64,000 nucleotides of DNA from Octopus sinensis (GCF_006345805.1 NC_043002.1:33666001-33730000); one strand, 5' to 3'; counted from the stretch's first letter, positions 13,908 through 27,128 are shown. Made by a program: numbers and translations. Notes: a model not told the origin generated them from the sequence alone.

Positions 13908-13959
13908 AACCACCTGAAGAATGTCTAAGATGTGCTGACACGAAACGATCGTAGTGGTT
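13908..13959 (+). ncRNA. Type I hammerhead ribozyme fold (right arm)
   Basis: AACCAC-CTGAAGA-a-TGTC..GACA-c-GAAAC-GATC-GTA-GTGGTT; palindromic loop 3; GUA triplet, cleavage after 13953. Confidence 0.8.
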
Positions 13960-14086
13960 ATTCATTTGTTAAATTTTAATTTATATAAATTATTTTATAT
14001 TTTATGTATTGGCTTAAGTCTTTCTTTGTTTGATTTGCATAATAGTGGTTTTGTCTCTAATTTATTATAATATATGCATGTATATA

Positions 14087-14172
<86 letters not shown>

Positions 14173-14188
14173 TATATATATATATTTA

Positions 14189-14221
<33 letters not shown>

Positions 14222-14257
14222 TATATATATATTTGTATATATATATATATATATATA

Positions 14258-14750
14258 GGCGCAGGAGCGGCTGTGTGGTAAGTAGCTTGCTTACCAACCA
14301 CATGGTTCCGGGTTCAGTCCCACTGCGTGGCACCTTGGGCAAGTGTCTTCTACTATAGCCTCGGGCCGACAAAAGCCTTGTGAGTGGATTTGGTAGACGG
14401 AAACTGAAAGAAGCCCGTCGTATATATGTATATATGTATGTATATATATATATATATATACATACATACATATATACGACGGGCTTCTTATATATATGTG
14501 TGTGTGTGTGTGTGTGTGAGTGTGTGTGAGTGTGTGTGTGTGTGTTTGTGTGTTTGTGTTTGTCCCCCTAGCATTGCTTGACAACCGATGCTAGTGTGTT
14601 TATGTCCCCGTTACTTAGCGGTTCGGCAAAATAGACCGATAGAATAAGTACTGGGCTTGCAAAAGTCCCGGGGTCGAGTTGCTCGATTAAAGGCGGTGCT
14701 CCAGCATGGCCGCAGTCAAATGACTGAAACAAGTAAAAGAGTAAAAGAGT
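14258..14750 (+). mobile_element. SINE family A, full length, with internal fold-back
   Basis: Family A head and tail; inverted duplication at 14408-14489. Confidence 0.9.
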
Positions 14751-14769
14751 ATATGCATATATATTTATT

Positions 14770-14838
<69 letters not shown>

Positions 14839-14979
14839 TATGTATGTATATATATTTATTTATATATATATTTACATATATACATGCCATTTTCAAGCAC
14901 AACCACACTATCTGTATAGATATACGAGGGATACTGAAAATTTCCTGGCTTATGATAAAAAACACAGGGCGATCGGTTA

Positions 14980-15245
14980 CTCTTACTCTTACTCGTTTAC
15001 TCTTTTACTTGTTTCGGTCATTTGACTGCGGCCATGCTGGAGCACCGCCTTTAGTCGAGCAAATCGACCCCGGGACTTATTCTTTCTAAGCCCAGTACTT
15101 ATTCTATCGGTCTCTTTTGCCGAACCGCTAAGTGACGGGGACGTAAACACACCAGCATCGGTTGTCAAGCAATGCTAGGGGGACAAACACAGACACACAA
15201 ACATATACACACACACTTATATATATATACATATATACGACATAT
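14980..15245 (-). mobile_element. SINE family A, 3' half
   Basis: Reverse complement of the family A tail domain. Confidence 0.85.
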
Positions 15246-15356
15246 ATACAAATTCCCATCCTAGATTCACACACTTATTGCAGGTGTCCTTCAGTTTTTC
15301 TAAAAAGAACTCGGAATGTTGGGCCTCCCTCCAGGCCTTTTGCGATAACCGTTGCG

Positions 15357-15411
<55 letters not shown>

Positions 15412-15510
15412 ACGTGTGTCTGTGTGTGTGTCTGTGTGTGTCTGTGTGTGTCTGTGACTGTGTCTGTGTGTGTAACCGAAATATTGCCTGTACTACCTCT
15501 GTAGTACAGG

Positions 15511-16772
15511 CAACAAAATTAATAACAAGATATGCGCTCTCACGCACATTGGTTCCTTTCAGTATTTCAGACCCAAAATAAAGGCAGCGAAGTGGCAGAA
15601 TCGTTAACACGCCGGGTAAAATGCTTAGCGGCATTTCGTCAGTTTTTGCGTTATAAGTTGAAATTCTGCGGAGATCGACTTTACCTTTCATTCTTTCGGG
15701 GTCTATAATATAAGTACCATTTGAGCACTGGAGTCAATGTAATCGACTTAATCTGTCCCCCAAAATTTCTGGCCTTGTGCCAAAATTTGGAACTTATATT
15801 TTAGATCAAAAAATTATATGCTGCTTTAATCTATAAACTATTTATAAAGTTTAAGTTAATTTCATCGAAAGAAATATACAAGTAAATATGAATAGTTTCA
15901 AACTTACCGAAATTTAGAAGAGATTTCAGCAAATTACAGGCTTGGACAAAGAGTATATTTAGTGCTGTACAGACCACAAACCGTCACCTATGATTGGAGC
16001 GAAAAATATATTTGTCACAAATAGTGGTATTTAGGTGAGTTCATTGTTAATCAACTCATTTACATATGACCTAATAATCTGATATAATTTTTGACATTCT
16101 ATACACCTACTTTCTGTTTTTGAAGAAGTAATATTCAATTATTTTTTTAAATAAATCTTATACTTTCTGACATTTTACGGATTTAATATTCTGCTATTTT
16201 TATAGGCTTTTTTTTTCTTTAATACTATCAAATATAACAAGACAATGCTGCATGTTTAACTTGGTGGTCAATGCAGGATCATTCTAAAAATTACTCAAAG
16301 ATAACCAAATAAGGGAGCATGTACTTTGTCACTTCACCTTGTACAAATAGCAAATGACACCGTACCATCAAAGAAGAAGGACTTAGCAAAATTACAGTTT
16401 CTGATATACAAAAACAGCGTTAAAACAGGAAGCTAAACTACAACAAATAAAATGTTTCTGAGAATTTAACACGTCACAGTTTTGTTTCGGAGAAGAAATG
16501 AAAAGTTAGTCACACGTCGTTATTCCCAGCACTTCAAGAATTAAATCCAAGTCTAACCTTACTAAATGCAACTAAGACTACTTTATCCAATGAGTGTACA
16601 GATAAAAGCTGCTTTTTATTCGATACCAGGTTTCTTTGAACAATCTATCAATGACAGATATTGATCCTTGTTCTCGTTCTGTTGTGCATGCTATATTTTA
16701 TAATTCTTATTGTTTCTATGACCTGGGCCAGGGTTACCCAATACGGCTTTCAGAGCTACCTGTTGTCCACTT
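15511..16772. repeat. Direct repeat copy R1 (1262 bp)
   Basis: About 99% identical to 23055-24322; contains a SINE family B copy. Confidence 0.97.
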
Positions 16773-17320
16773 CTAGTGAGAAAGCCACAGAGATCGAACG
16801 ATATTGGAAATGTATTATTATTATTTTTATTATTTTTTTTTTTTGATTGTGTGCATGTAGAAAAAAAATTTTTTTACACATTGAACGATAAAAATATGGA
16901 TGAAAGGTTTACAATTTGTATGTGCTATATGGTGGGCAATATGTATATGTGCCCAGGCAGAATTATGTTGGCGCGTTGAAAGAGATGTGCGTCTATTGAT
17001 TACTCGACCTACTAGAGGTCTAATAGAGACAAGGTATCTTTCAGTGGCGAAAAAAAAAATCGAGTGATAGCACGCATGAGAACAAGATTTGTAATGTGTG
17101 TGGATATACAGTTAGCAAAAAAAATATTTATGAGAAAGCAAACATTTTGAAGAGAAAACAAAAAATATGTACATGCAAAAATGAAAGAAATGTTCATCGG
17201 CAAAGTTCGATTTTGAAATGTTCCGTAAAAGTTCATACAGACAGTTTTTGTTTCATTTTTTTTCTTTACGTACACAAATGTTCTTTGATTTCTCTGGGGG
17301 GTGATGCAGTTATGTGTTCA

Positions 17321-20300
17321 TTAGGAAGATGGATACGTTAGGAGTTCAGAACTTACCCGAAAAACTTGCACAAACCTTGCTGGCCATCGAACTGTTCTTC
17401 CTGATTTGGTGTGTCGGGGTTGTGCAGCATCTGTGGTGTTCGCTGGAGTTGCCGAGTCTGTTTGAGGAAAAGAGGGGACTGAATGTAAGTCCTCCTCGAT
17501 GAAAGCTTTTTTAAACGATCAATCGAGACCGTATTTCGTTTACCTCCAATATCGAGGACGAAATACTTGGGTTTCTTTTGATGACCTTGTAGGGCCCGGA
17601 ATATGGTGGTCGAAGTTGAGAGGGTATCCCATCATTCCTCACGAAGACATGAGTCCATGTGTTGATATCTTTTGGGACACGTGAAACGACGTTCTGTTGT
17701 CTAGGGCCTGGGGTGACTTGCGACATGGATGTTCGTAATCGGTGCACATATTGTTGTGGGTCAGGGAAGTTTTGTGAAACAGGTTCGATCATCTGCCCAG
17801 GTAAGGTGAGTGTTGTGCCATAAACGAGTTCGGCCGGAGTATATCCCAGTTCTTCCTTAATCGTGGATCGAATTCCAAGGAGGATGAGAGGGAGATGTTC
17901 CAACCAGTGAGAACTGTCTGGAGCTGCTTTATAGATGCCTTGAGTTGGCGGTGAAAGCGTTCCACCATGCCATTTGCTGCAGGGTGGTAAGCTGTAGTGC
18001 GGGGGTGTTTACACCCGAGGAGACGAGTCAGCTCGGTGAAAAGGTGGGAATCGAACTACGTCCTCTGTCGGTGGTAATTGTTGCGGTGTGCCAAAACGCG
18101 AAACCCATTGTGATATCAGCGTTTTAGCGACACCGTTTCTGCTGATATATCAGATAAGGGCCAGGCTTCGGGCCATCGCGAGAACCTATCTACGCAAGTT
18201 AGCAAATATGAATAGTTCTGCGAAGGGGCAGGGTTCCAACGATATCAATGTGAACGTGCTGAAATCGTGCATCGGGCTGCGAAAATGAACCGATTGGTGA
18301 TTTTATGTGCCGGTGGATTTTCGCTTTTTGGCACGCAACACAGCACTTGGTCCATTCTCTGATATCCTTGTTGATACTGGTCCACACAAAACGGGTCGAT
18401 ATTAGCTTTTGAGTGGAGCGAATACCAGGATGTGACAGAGAATGTAGAGCGGAGAAAACTTCTCGACGATATTTCTGTGGTACATAAGGGCGTTGGTAAC
18501 CAGTGGAAATATCACACCAATATGGGCTGTGGATGATGGTAGTGGAACATGCTGAAATTTCAGAGATGACGAATTCCGGAGCTTTAGAAGTTCTTCGTCA
18601 TTCTCATGGTCAGCTGCTATACGTGCCAGATCAATTGTAGACGTGGTGTGGATAGCATTGATCTGCGCACGTGAAAGTGCATCGGCTGCCACGTTGGTCG
18701 TCCCTTTGATGTGGCGTATATCCGTCGTGTACTGCGATATGAAGTCGAGGTGACGAATTTCTCTCGGCGAATGGCGATCCGGTTTGGTGTTAAATGCGTA
18801 TACTAATGGCTTGTGGTCGGTATATATGGCAAAATTGGTACCTTCTAGCATATGACGGAAATGCTTAACGGCCAGGTATGCCGCCAATAATTCCCGACTG
18901 AATGTGCTGTATTTGGTTTCCGCGGGTTTTAACCGCTTAGAAAAGAAAGACAACGGTTGCCATATACCGTCAACAAGCTGTTGTAGCACACCTCCGATTC
19001 CGGAATCGGATGCATCAACGAGTAAACATCGTGGGGCGTCTGGTTTTGGATAAACCACATGGTAGCGCTAGATAACGCTTTTTTCAGGGAGCGAAAGAAA
19101 CGAGTTGATCTTCGGTCAGAGCTATATCTGCGTTTTTGCAGGTTCGCTGACGTAGCAAATCCGTGAGCGGTTGCGCTATTCAGCGAGGTGGGGCACGAAC
19201 CGTCGATAGAAATTCGCTAGACCGAGATATTCCCTTAATTTGCGGAGAGATGTGGGTGGTGGAAAATCCACGATGGCCTTGACTTTCTCGGAAAGGGGAC
19301 GAATTCCATTTTTATCGACTATATGGCCGAGAAAATGAAGGGAAGCAACTCCGAACAAACATTTAGTAGGGTTGATAACAATTCCGAATTTACGTAGACG
19401 TTCGAATAGCAGGTGAAGGTGTTGATTATGCTCTTCGTCCGAGTTACTGGCCACGAGTATGTCGTCTATGTAGGCATAGACGAAAGGCAAACCTCTAGTC
19501 ACCATGTCGATAAACCTTTGGAATGTCTGTGCCGCGTTTCGTAAACCGAAAGGCATACGCAGGAATTCAAACATTCCGAAAGGTGTAGTACTGCTGTCTT
19601 TGAGATGTCTGCAGGTTCGACTGGGATTTGGTTGTATGCTCGCACCAGGTCGATTTTTGAAAAGATGCGAGCTCCATGCAGCGAGCTCGAAAAGTCCTGA
19701 AGAAAAGGCACCGGATAGGCATCACTGATAGTGCTTTTATTCAGTGATCGATAATCGCCGCAAACCCGCCAATCGGTCGATGATTTTTTTGGGACGCAGT
19801 GTATCGGCGAGGACCAGTTGCTGCTGGAAACGCGGATGATTCCGAGGTCGAGCATGTGCTGGAATTCCCGCTTGACGGCCTGGAGACGATCAGGTGGTAA
19901 CCTTCTGGCCTTGCAGCAACAGGTGGACCGCTGGTTTTGATGTGGTGGGTAACGTCGTGCTTTATCGGCTGGTTATGAAAAACTGGCCGGGCGACATCTG
20001 GATAATCATTCAGGATGGAACTGTGACGAGTCGTTGTCGTAAGCATTACAGTTGGGCTGACTGTGTCCATTCGAGCGGCTATACCGCGCACAGTAAGCTT
20101 GGTGGTGGTGTCGACAAGTCGTCTGTTCTTTATGTCTACCAGGAGACCGAAATGATGCAGGAAATCGGCTCCTAAGATAGGGGTCGGCAGTTTAGCGACG
20201 ACGAATACCCACTGAAATGTGCGGCGTAGTCCTATGTTTAATGTTAGGGACTGTTCACCGTAGGTTGGAATGGGTGAATGGTTGACTGCCTGAAGACAGA

Positions 20301-21438
20301 CTGATGTCTCTTTTCTTTTTCCAGAAGTGTTGGAGACTGGGATGATGCTGACTTCCGCACCTGTGTCAACCAGGAAACGCGTGCCTGTTACACGATCGCA
20401 AACGAAAACAGGCGACTGTGTGGGTGCGAACCAGGAACTTCCGTCGCGTTCAATTCCTGGCTGTGCCGTTTCCCGAACTGGTGAGGAAAACGAGCACGGT
20501 ACCGTACATTTTTGTGCCCGTGTTCCGAATGTTCGGTGTGGTACCAACACGTGTCATGCGAGCCGCGGGTAGCACTAGGGCTTCGGACCGTCTGCCATCT
20601 CGTCGAGATCGGCTGGTGCTTCGACGCTGGGGACTAAACTTTAGGGCTTGTATTTGGGCTGTGAGAATTTGTATTTGCGCAGCTTGCTGCGTCATTAATG
20701 CACGCAAATCCGAAATCTCTGAAGAACTGGTTTGTGCACGGAAAGGATTGGTACTGGGAGCGGCTGGCGTCACCGTCGATACCGTTGGATATCTGTGCGG
20801 TACTTCGGCTATTTGTCAGCTAGCTCCGCCAGTTCTTCCAGGGATGTGTTTTCTCTGGTGGACGCGAGAACAACCTGGGTATTGGAGGGCAGACGCTGGA
20901 GAAAAAGTTGCTTGAAGATTTTTTCTGGGAGCGTCTCATCTCCGAGAGCTGTTTCATTCTCCGAAGAAGCTGGGACGGAGTTTTGTCACCCAATTCTTCC
21001 GATATCAGAAGCTGGTGAAGTCTTTTTTGTTGGATTCTGAGGTTCTGTTTATTAACGTGGTTTTAAAAACTTCATATGAAACAGAACCGGGTGGTGCCAT
21101 GATAAGGTCGCGTATCACGTTCGTTATTTCTGGTGACAGAGAACTGATAACGTGAGAAAGTCGAGCCGCATCGCTCGATATTCTGTGAGAGGCAAACTGT
21201 GCCTCTATATGGTGAAACCACAATGTCGGGTCGTGGGTCCAGAATGGTGGAATTTTTAACGAGATCGCCGCTTGGAATGCCATGTCGATGTTGGCCGCTG
21301 GGTTTTGTTCCGGGAGATTCATTGTTTTCGTCGGAATTTTCAGTTGCTTCGTTGCTGGTGATGTGCAAACTGTAATTCTTCGACGCGGTTGATGAAGCTG
21401 GTTCCGGGGAAGGCGCGATTCGTTTTGCGGGGTCACCA
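17321..21438 (-). mobile_element. Ty3/Gypsy LTR retrotransposon internal region (gag-PR-RT-RNase H-IN), multiple frameshifts
   Basis: Gag LKIPPFWTHDPTLWFHHIEAQF; protease FLVDTGAEVS; [17 protein letters not shown] and YIDDILVAS; RNase H LLVDASDSGIGGVLQQ; integrase FQHVHIDIVG and PYSGPYKV; tail TKSGRTVRWPARF. Confidence 0.97.
21428..21438 (-). promoter_or_regulatory. Primer-binding site, tRNA-Trp type
   Basis: ACTACA-TT-TGGTGACCCCG; complementary to the tRNA-Trp 3' end (...CGGGGTCACCA) as recalled. Confidence 0.75.
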
Positions 21439-21440
21439 AA

Positions 21441-21513
21441 TGTAGTGGATGCGTGGATGTATTAATAAATACATAAGTGCTTTGTAATAAATTAAAGATT
21501 TATTATCACTACA
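21441..21513 (-). repeat. 5' LTR end, or a 73 bp mini-LTR (TGTAGTG...CACTACA)
   Basis: 7 bp inverted termini next to the PBS; no second copy found. Confidence 0.45.
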
Positions 21514-21899
21514 TCAATTTGTAAGCAATGTTACACATCGCTTGTACAAAATGCATATTAAATAGTGGTTGCAAATAATACATATTAAAGGAATGCATAA
21601 TACAGGATACACATTAAAGCAGAATATGTTTGATGGTGTGTGTGTGTGTGTGTGTGTAAATCATGCAGTACAGAGTCACCTTTCTGAATATTCTTTCGTC
21701 GTCCTCATAAATGCGTGGCGTTCTCTTAAACGTTGGTTCGGGTTCTCTCTAGATACCTATTTCTCCGTTCTATTTATAACATCTCAAATAGCCAGAAAAA
21801 TAGATATACCGCAAGAGTGTTATTGCGTACAGTAGGTCGCTGGTCGTCCTGTTAAACTTCGCCTGACCTGCTCGGGTCAGAGGTCGAAGGGAGACGATC

Positions 21900-22700
21900 C
21901 ATCATTTTTTGTCAGAACAAAGAGATTCTGATTTCGCGCCTTTTTGTGCATTGGTATTTTACGACCAATGATTCTTGGGTCTGATTTCGAATCCAAGCTT
22001 TGAGAAGGAAGTGCTAATTCTTACAAATACCAAATACGTTTTATAAAGAATATGATTCGGTCCATGAACAAATAGCACTCTGAAAAAACTGCCTTAAAAA
22101 CTGTTTATTAAAGCCCTTTTTAATTATATCAGAAAATTCTTTCTGTGGCTTTTTCGATCATTATTTTTTAATTCATCCTGTGACCTCTTCAGAAAGACAA
22201 AGAAACAACGCTTAATCCGACTTCCCATTTTTACATCATTGCATAAACAACTACGAACGTATCCATTCTTAATACTTTCTGATAGATCCCAACGCGAATA
22301 TATTAATCGCTGTAGAATTTCGTCTACGAAATATAACTCCTCCTTTTAGACAATACTTCCATCCACCTCGATCATATCGGTGTTCTTCGTACGACCTTTT
22401 CTTCCACTACCATCAAACTTAACATTTTCTATAGATTCCAAATATATTTCAGTATTTAATTCCAATGAATTCGAAAATAGTTTTCGAGAATTAGTCAAAT
22501 TTTCTCTGAAATTAGTAATTTCTAACAAAATATTTTACTGCTGGTTACGACTATGGAAAACGATTTAATAGTTTCGCTTACTTCACTTCAGTTTCTGTTA
22601 AATATCCAGCCATCCCCCAAAAAAACTTGAATAATTTCTCGTAATTCTACTACGTTTTCTGTTAGTAAAATTCCAGCCATTGCCAAAATATAAAAATTAC
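21900..22700 (-). mobile_element. Possible Merlin/IS1595-like transposase remnant
   Basis: NVKFDGSG...MIEVDGSIV-SKRRSY, then KRCFFVFLKRSQDEL, FSD and HGPNH across frameshifts; same order as the Merlin VEIDES..KRKY..SD..H.VNH motifs. Confidence 0.35.
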
Positions 22701-23054
22701 TTTTCTTTCATCTCAAACTCAATATTTAACTCATTCAATGTTGTGAAACCTTAGACAGTTTCTATTATTTTAGCTAAAAAAAAATTATTTACCAAGAAAA
22801 CTAAACTAAGTGCCCACCAATAGAACGAGTATCTTCTGGCCACCACGCTCTCGCTTGAGGAAACTTTGCAGATGGACAATGACAATCTAATTTGCAATAT
22901 AGAGTTTATTATTTTTTTTAATGCAGCTATGAGTATAAATAGAACACTTTTAACCACAAGTTCGAAAGTTCAAATGCTGAGCAGAGCTGAATTCCAACAC
23001 CTCATACACATCTTATATATACACAATCTCACATAATAACAACAAAATCAACGA

Positions 23055-24322
23055 CAACAAAATTAATAACAAGATATGCGCTCTCACGCACATTGGTTCC
23101 TTTCAGTATTTCAGACCCAAAATAAAGGCAGCGAAGTGGCAGAATCGTTAACACGCCGGGTAAAATGCTTAGCGGCATTTCGTCAGTTTTTGCGTTATAA
23201 GTTGAAATTCTGCGGAGATCGACTTTACCTTTCATTCTTTCGGGGTCTATAATATAAGTACCATTTGAGCACTGGAGTCAATGTAATCGACTTAATCTGT
23301 CCCCCAAAATTTCTGGCCTTGTGCCAAAATTTGGAACTTATATTTTAGATCAAAAAATTATATGCTGCTTTAATCTATAAACTATTAATAGAGTTTAAGT
23401 TAATTTCATCGAAAGAAATATACAAGTAAATATGAATAGTTTCAAACTTACCGAAATTTAGAAGAGATTTCAGCAAATTACAGGCTTGGACAAAGAGTAT
23501 ATTTAGTGCTGTACAGACCACAAACCGTCACCTATGATTGGAGCGAAAAATATATTTGTCACAAATAGTGGTATTTAGGTGAGTTCATTGTTAATCAACT
23601 CATTTACATATGACCTAATAATCTGATATAATTTTTGACATTCTATACACCTACTTTCTGTTTTTGAAGAAGTAATATTCAATTATTTTTTTTAATAAAT
23701 CTTATACTTTCTGACATTTTACGGATTTAATATTCTGCTATTTTTATAGGCTTTTTTTTTTCTTTAATACTATCAAATTATAACAAGACAAATGCTGCAT
23801 GTTTAACTTGATGGTCAATGCAGGATCATTTCTAAAAATTACTCAAAGATAAACCAAATAAGGGAGCATGTACTTTGTCACTTCACCTTGTACAAATAGC
23901 AAATGACACCGTACCATCAAAGAAGAAGGACTTAGCAAAATTACAGTTTCTGATATACAAAAACAGCGTTAAAACAGGAAGCTAAACTACAACAAATAAA
24001 ATGTTTCTGAGAATTTAACACGTCACAGTTTTGTTTCGGAGAAGAAATGAAAAGTTAGTCACACGTCGTTATTCCCAGCACTTCAAGAAATTAAATCCAA
24101 GTCTAACCTTACTAAATGCAACTAAGACTACTTTATCCAATGAGTGTACAGATAAAAGCTGCTTTTTATTCGATACCAGGTTTCTTTGAACAATCTATCA
24201 ATGACAGATATTGATCCTTGTTCTCGTTCTGTTGTGCATGCTATATTTTATAATTCTTATTGTTTCTATGACCTGGGCCAAGGTTACCCAATACGGCTTT
24301 CAGAGCTACCTGTTGTCCACTT
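23055..24322. repeat. Direct repeat copy R2 (1268 bp)
   Basis: About 99% identical to 15511-16772. Confidence 0.97.
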
Positions 24323-24399
24323 GTCCCTAAGGTACCGTCTGTCCAAAGATTTTCGTATAACAAGACTCATACAGATTGACCAACAATATATGCCTTTAT

Positions 24400-24535
24400 G
24401 AAATTCCGCCGAGGTCGACTTTGCCTATCGTTCTTTCGGGGTCGATAAATTAAGCACCAGGTGCGTACTGGGATCGATCTAATCGACTGTCCTTCTCCCC
24501 CAAAATTTTGGGCATTGTGCCTAGAGTAGAAAAGA
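24400..24535 (+). mobile_element. SINE family B, partial
   Basis: AAATTCCGCCGAGGTCGACTTTGCC...GGGGTCGATAAA core. Confidence 0.75.
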
Positions 24536-26436
24536 ATATATGCGTTTATGTTTATACGCTTGCTAACAATTTCTACGTTTGTTTTTTATAGTCATTAACT
24601 GGAACCGAGAGACTCGTTTCCTGAATACAAGCATTATGAAGACGGAAACAAAATTAATTGAATGGTCCCAAGCTACATTTTAGCATTAAAAAAAATGAGA
24701 TTTAATCCAGTAGAAAAAACATTTACATCAAAATTTGTAGCAACATTATAGAAGAGTAAGTAACACCACCAGCAAATTTTAGATCTAAATAACTTCTTTT
24801 ATTTTAAGAGCAAAATATATTTATCTTAGCTTCAATGATAGAAAAAAAGCATAAAGAATTTTATAGTTCTGATCCCATGCGCCAAAAACAAGAATGCGTG
24901 TGATCTGTGTGGTGGATCAAAAGGAAAGAAGCTCAAGTCAGGAAAAGAAAGATGGCCGATGACCACGTGGGAGCAACGAGAGAGTAAAGGAGGAAGAGTG
25001 AGAAAGAGGGGCATATAAAGAACGGTGAATTTATATATAATGGAAAATAATAAAGGTTTATTGCTGGTTATATTTGCCTTGATATATGAGGATGGTAAAA
25101 ACTTGCAGCCTAATACAATGTTTTATTATACATAACCTGCTTACTGCAAGTTATATCTAATAAAGCAGTAGCATTTCTGCCGGTTCCTTGCCTTCTGAGT
25201 TAAAATGCCGCCGATGTTGACTCTGCCCTTCATACTTTCAAAGTTGATAGAAGAAATACCAGCCGATATCTAGGATCGGTATAATCGATTCGACTCTTCT
25301 AAATTGCTTGCCTTGTTCCAAAATGACAAAGAATTATTAATTATCATTATTAATAAATAATAGATTAATTCAATTCAAATCAGACTCAACTGGCTGAAAG
25401 CACATTAAATAACGTAGTCGTATGTCAGGTCTGAGTAAACGATAAACTGATGAGGATTGAAATGACATTCATTAGGTTTTTTGAATCAGAGCTGATTCGG
25501 AGCGAAATAACAGCAACCACTACATCGAGAAGAGAAAACAATGAAGGTGTAAACACGTGGATATATATGAATCTATCTAGCTAGCTAGCTTTCTATCTCT
25601 TTATCTATGCATCTATCCATCTATCATGATTTTGCGGGAGTAAAATTGTATATCATGCACAGAATTTTACGGTAATTTCCATTGTAGTCCCTAATATAAA
25701 CATGAGAGCTCCTTCATGGCGGTAAACTACTTTGATTGTAACTCTGCTTGACTAGAGCTGATTTAGGACTAAAGAACAAAAGCATTTCATTTACAGTTTC
25801 TTACATGCATTCGATCTCATTTAAGAATCACAAGAAAATAGTAAACACATTTCACACAAACCACACAGTATTTCAAACATGGAAATTAATTGGTGTAATC
25901 TTACAATAAAATGCCAAGTGTTTCACACTCCGGTCACGCTGGTAGAGGGAAACTAAAACAACAGACGGAGTCGTAGCAAGTGACAGTCAGAGGCACTAAA
26001 CAAACCAACTCCAGCTGTCAAGCGATGTGGGGAGGTACCAAACACAAAGACACACATATATGACAGGCTTTCACACAATTTCCGTCTACCAAATTCACTC
26101 ACAAGGCATTAGTCGGTCCGTGGCTATACTACAAGACACCTGCCAAAGGCGCCGTGCAGTGGGACTAAACCCGAAATCAAAGTGAGCTTTTGAACTTCAG
26201 AATCATGCCTGCGCCTGACTGACCAGATGGACTTTTATAAATGTCTCCCAGATGAAGGATATATTTCTTCAAAATTATTTGCTTCGGTTGGCACTAGCTA
26301 TTTAAAGGAAGAAAATATTTTCATGGGTTCCCGGTTCACTTCTGCTGCGTGGCACCTTGGCCAAATGTCTTCTATAGCTTTGGGCTGACCAACGCCTTTT
26401 GAGTGGATTTGGTAGGCGGAAACTGAAAGAAGTCCA

Positions 26437-26483
<47 letters not shown>

Positions 26484-26579
26484 TGCGTGTGCGTGCGCGT
26501 GCGTGTGCGTGCGCGCGCGTGCATGTGTCTTTATATCGGTGTTTGTACTCCACCACCGCTTTACAGTCAGTCAAGCGTT

Positions 26580-27074
26580 TATATACGAAATAGAGCAAAA
26601 TGGTTGGTGCTGAGTTGTCAAACATTTAACCCAAATTTTCCCAAAACAAATTGTCCGTCCGTCCCATAGGCCTCCCCTTTGAGAAACACTGATTTAACCT
26701 AAATTTGAGACATAAAGATAGACTTTTTTTCTATTCCAAAGAAAAACGATTTTATTCAGACAAATATGCAACCGAAGAGTTTAAAGTACCAGTAATGATA
26801 AGGCTGTTGACTGGGAGAACACAAACATGGATTAAACAGTAAGCTTGGCAGGAAAGAAACGTGCCTTTAAGCAGTAAAAAAACAACAAAAAATGGAAGGT
26901 GCAGTTATGTACGGGTTGACCGAAGAAAATAGGGACAAAAACGGCTTTATCGATTGCATTCTCACCGGGAATCGATTTTTGTAAATTTTCAAGACTTATA
27001 CACGCCCTGATACCGTCGGTATCTACATATCAAATTTGAGCGCAATCTGATGGAGGATGCCCGAGATCCTAGAA

Positions 27075-27109
<35 letters not shown>

Positions 27110-27128
27110 CGGATTTTATATAATAGAT
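26580..27128 (-). mobile_element. Possible non-autonomous Helitron-like element (5' TCTATTATATAAAA plus CA/TG tract)
   Basis: 5' terminus resembles the one at 48270; 3' end not defined. Confidence 0.35.

Larger units (their letters stand above)
13624..14074. repeat. 450 bp near-perfect palindrome of PLE-type termini
   Basis: Arms about 200 bp, reverse-complementary; centre holds three ACTATGTTATAAACATAGT units. Confidence 0.95.

Noticed and set aside
15511-16772. R1/R2 as the Gypsy LTRs
   Set aside because: No TG...CA ends, not adjacent to the PBS, and an internal SINE.
17075-17180. C2H2 zinc finger (THENKICNVCGY)
   Set aside because: Lacks the His pair and any neighbouring fingers.
22130-22200. 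CTGAAGA-GGTCA..TGATC-GAAA on the minus strand
   Set aside because: Stem II pairs but no stem I or III can form; likely chance.
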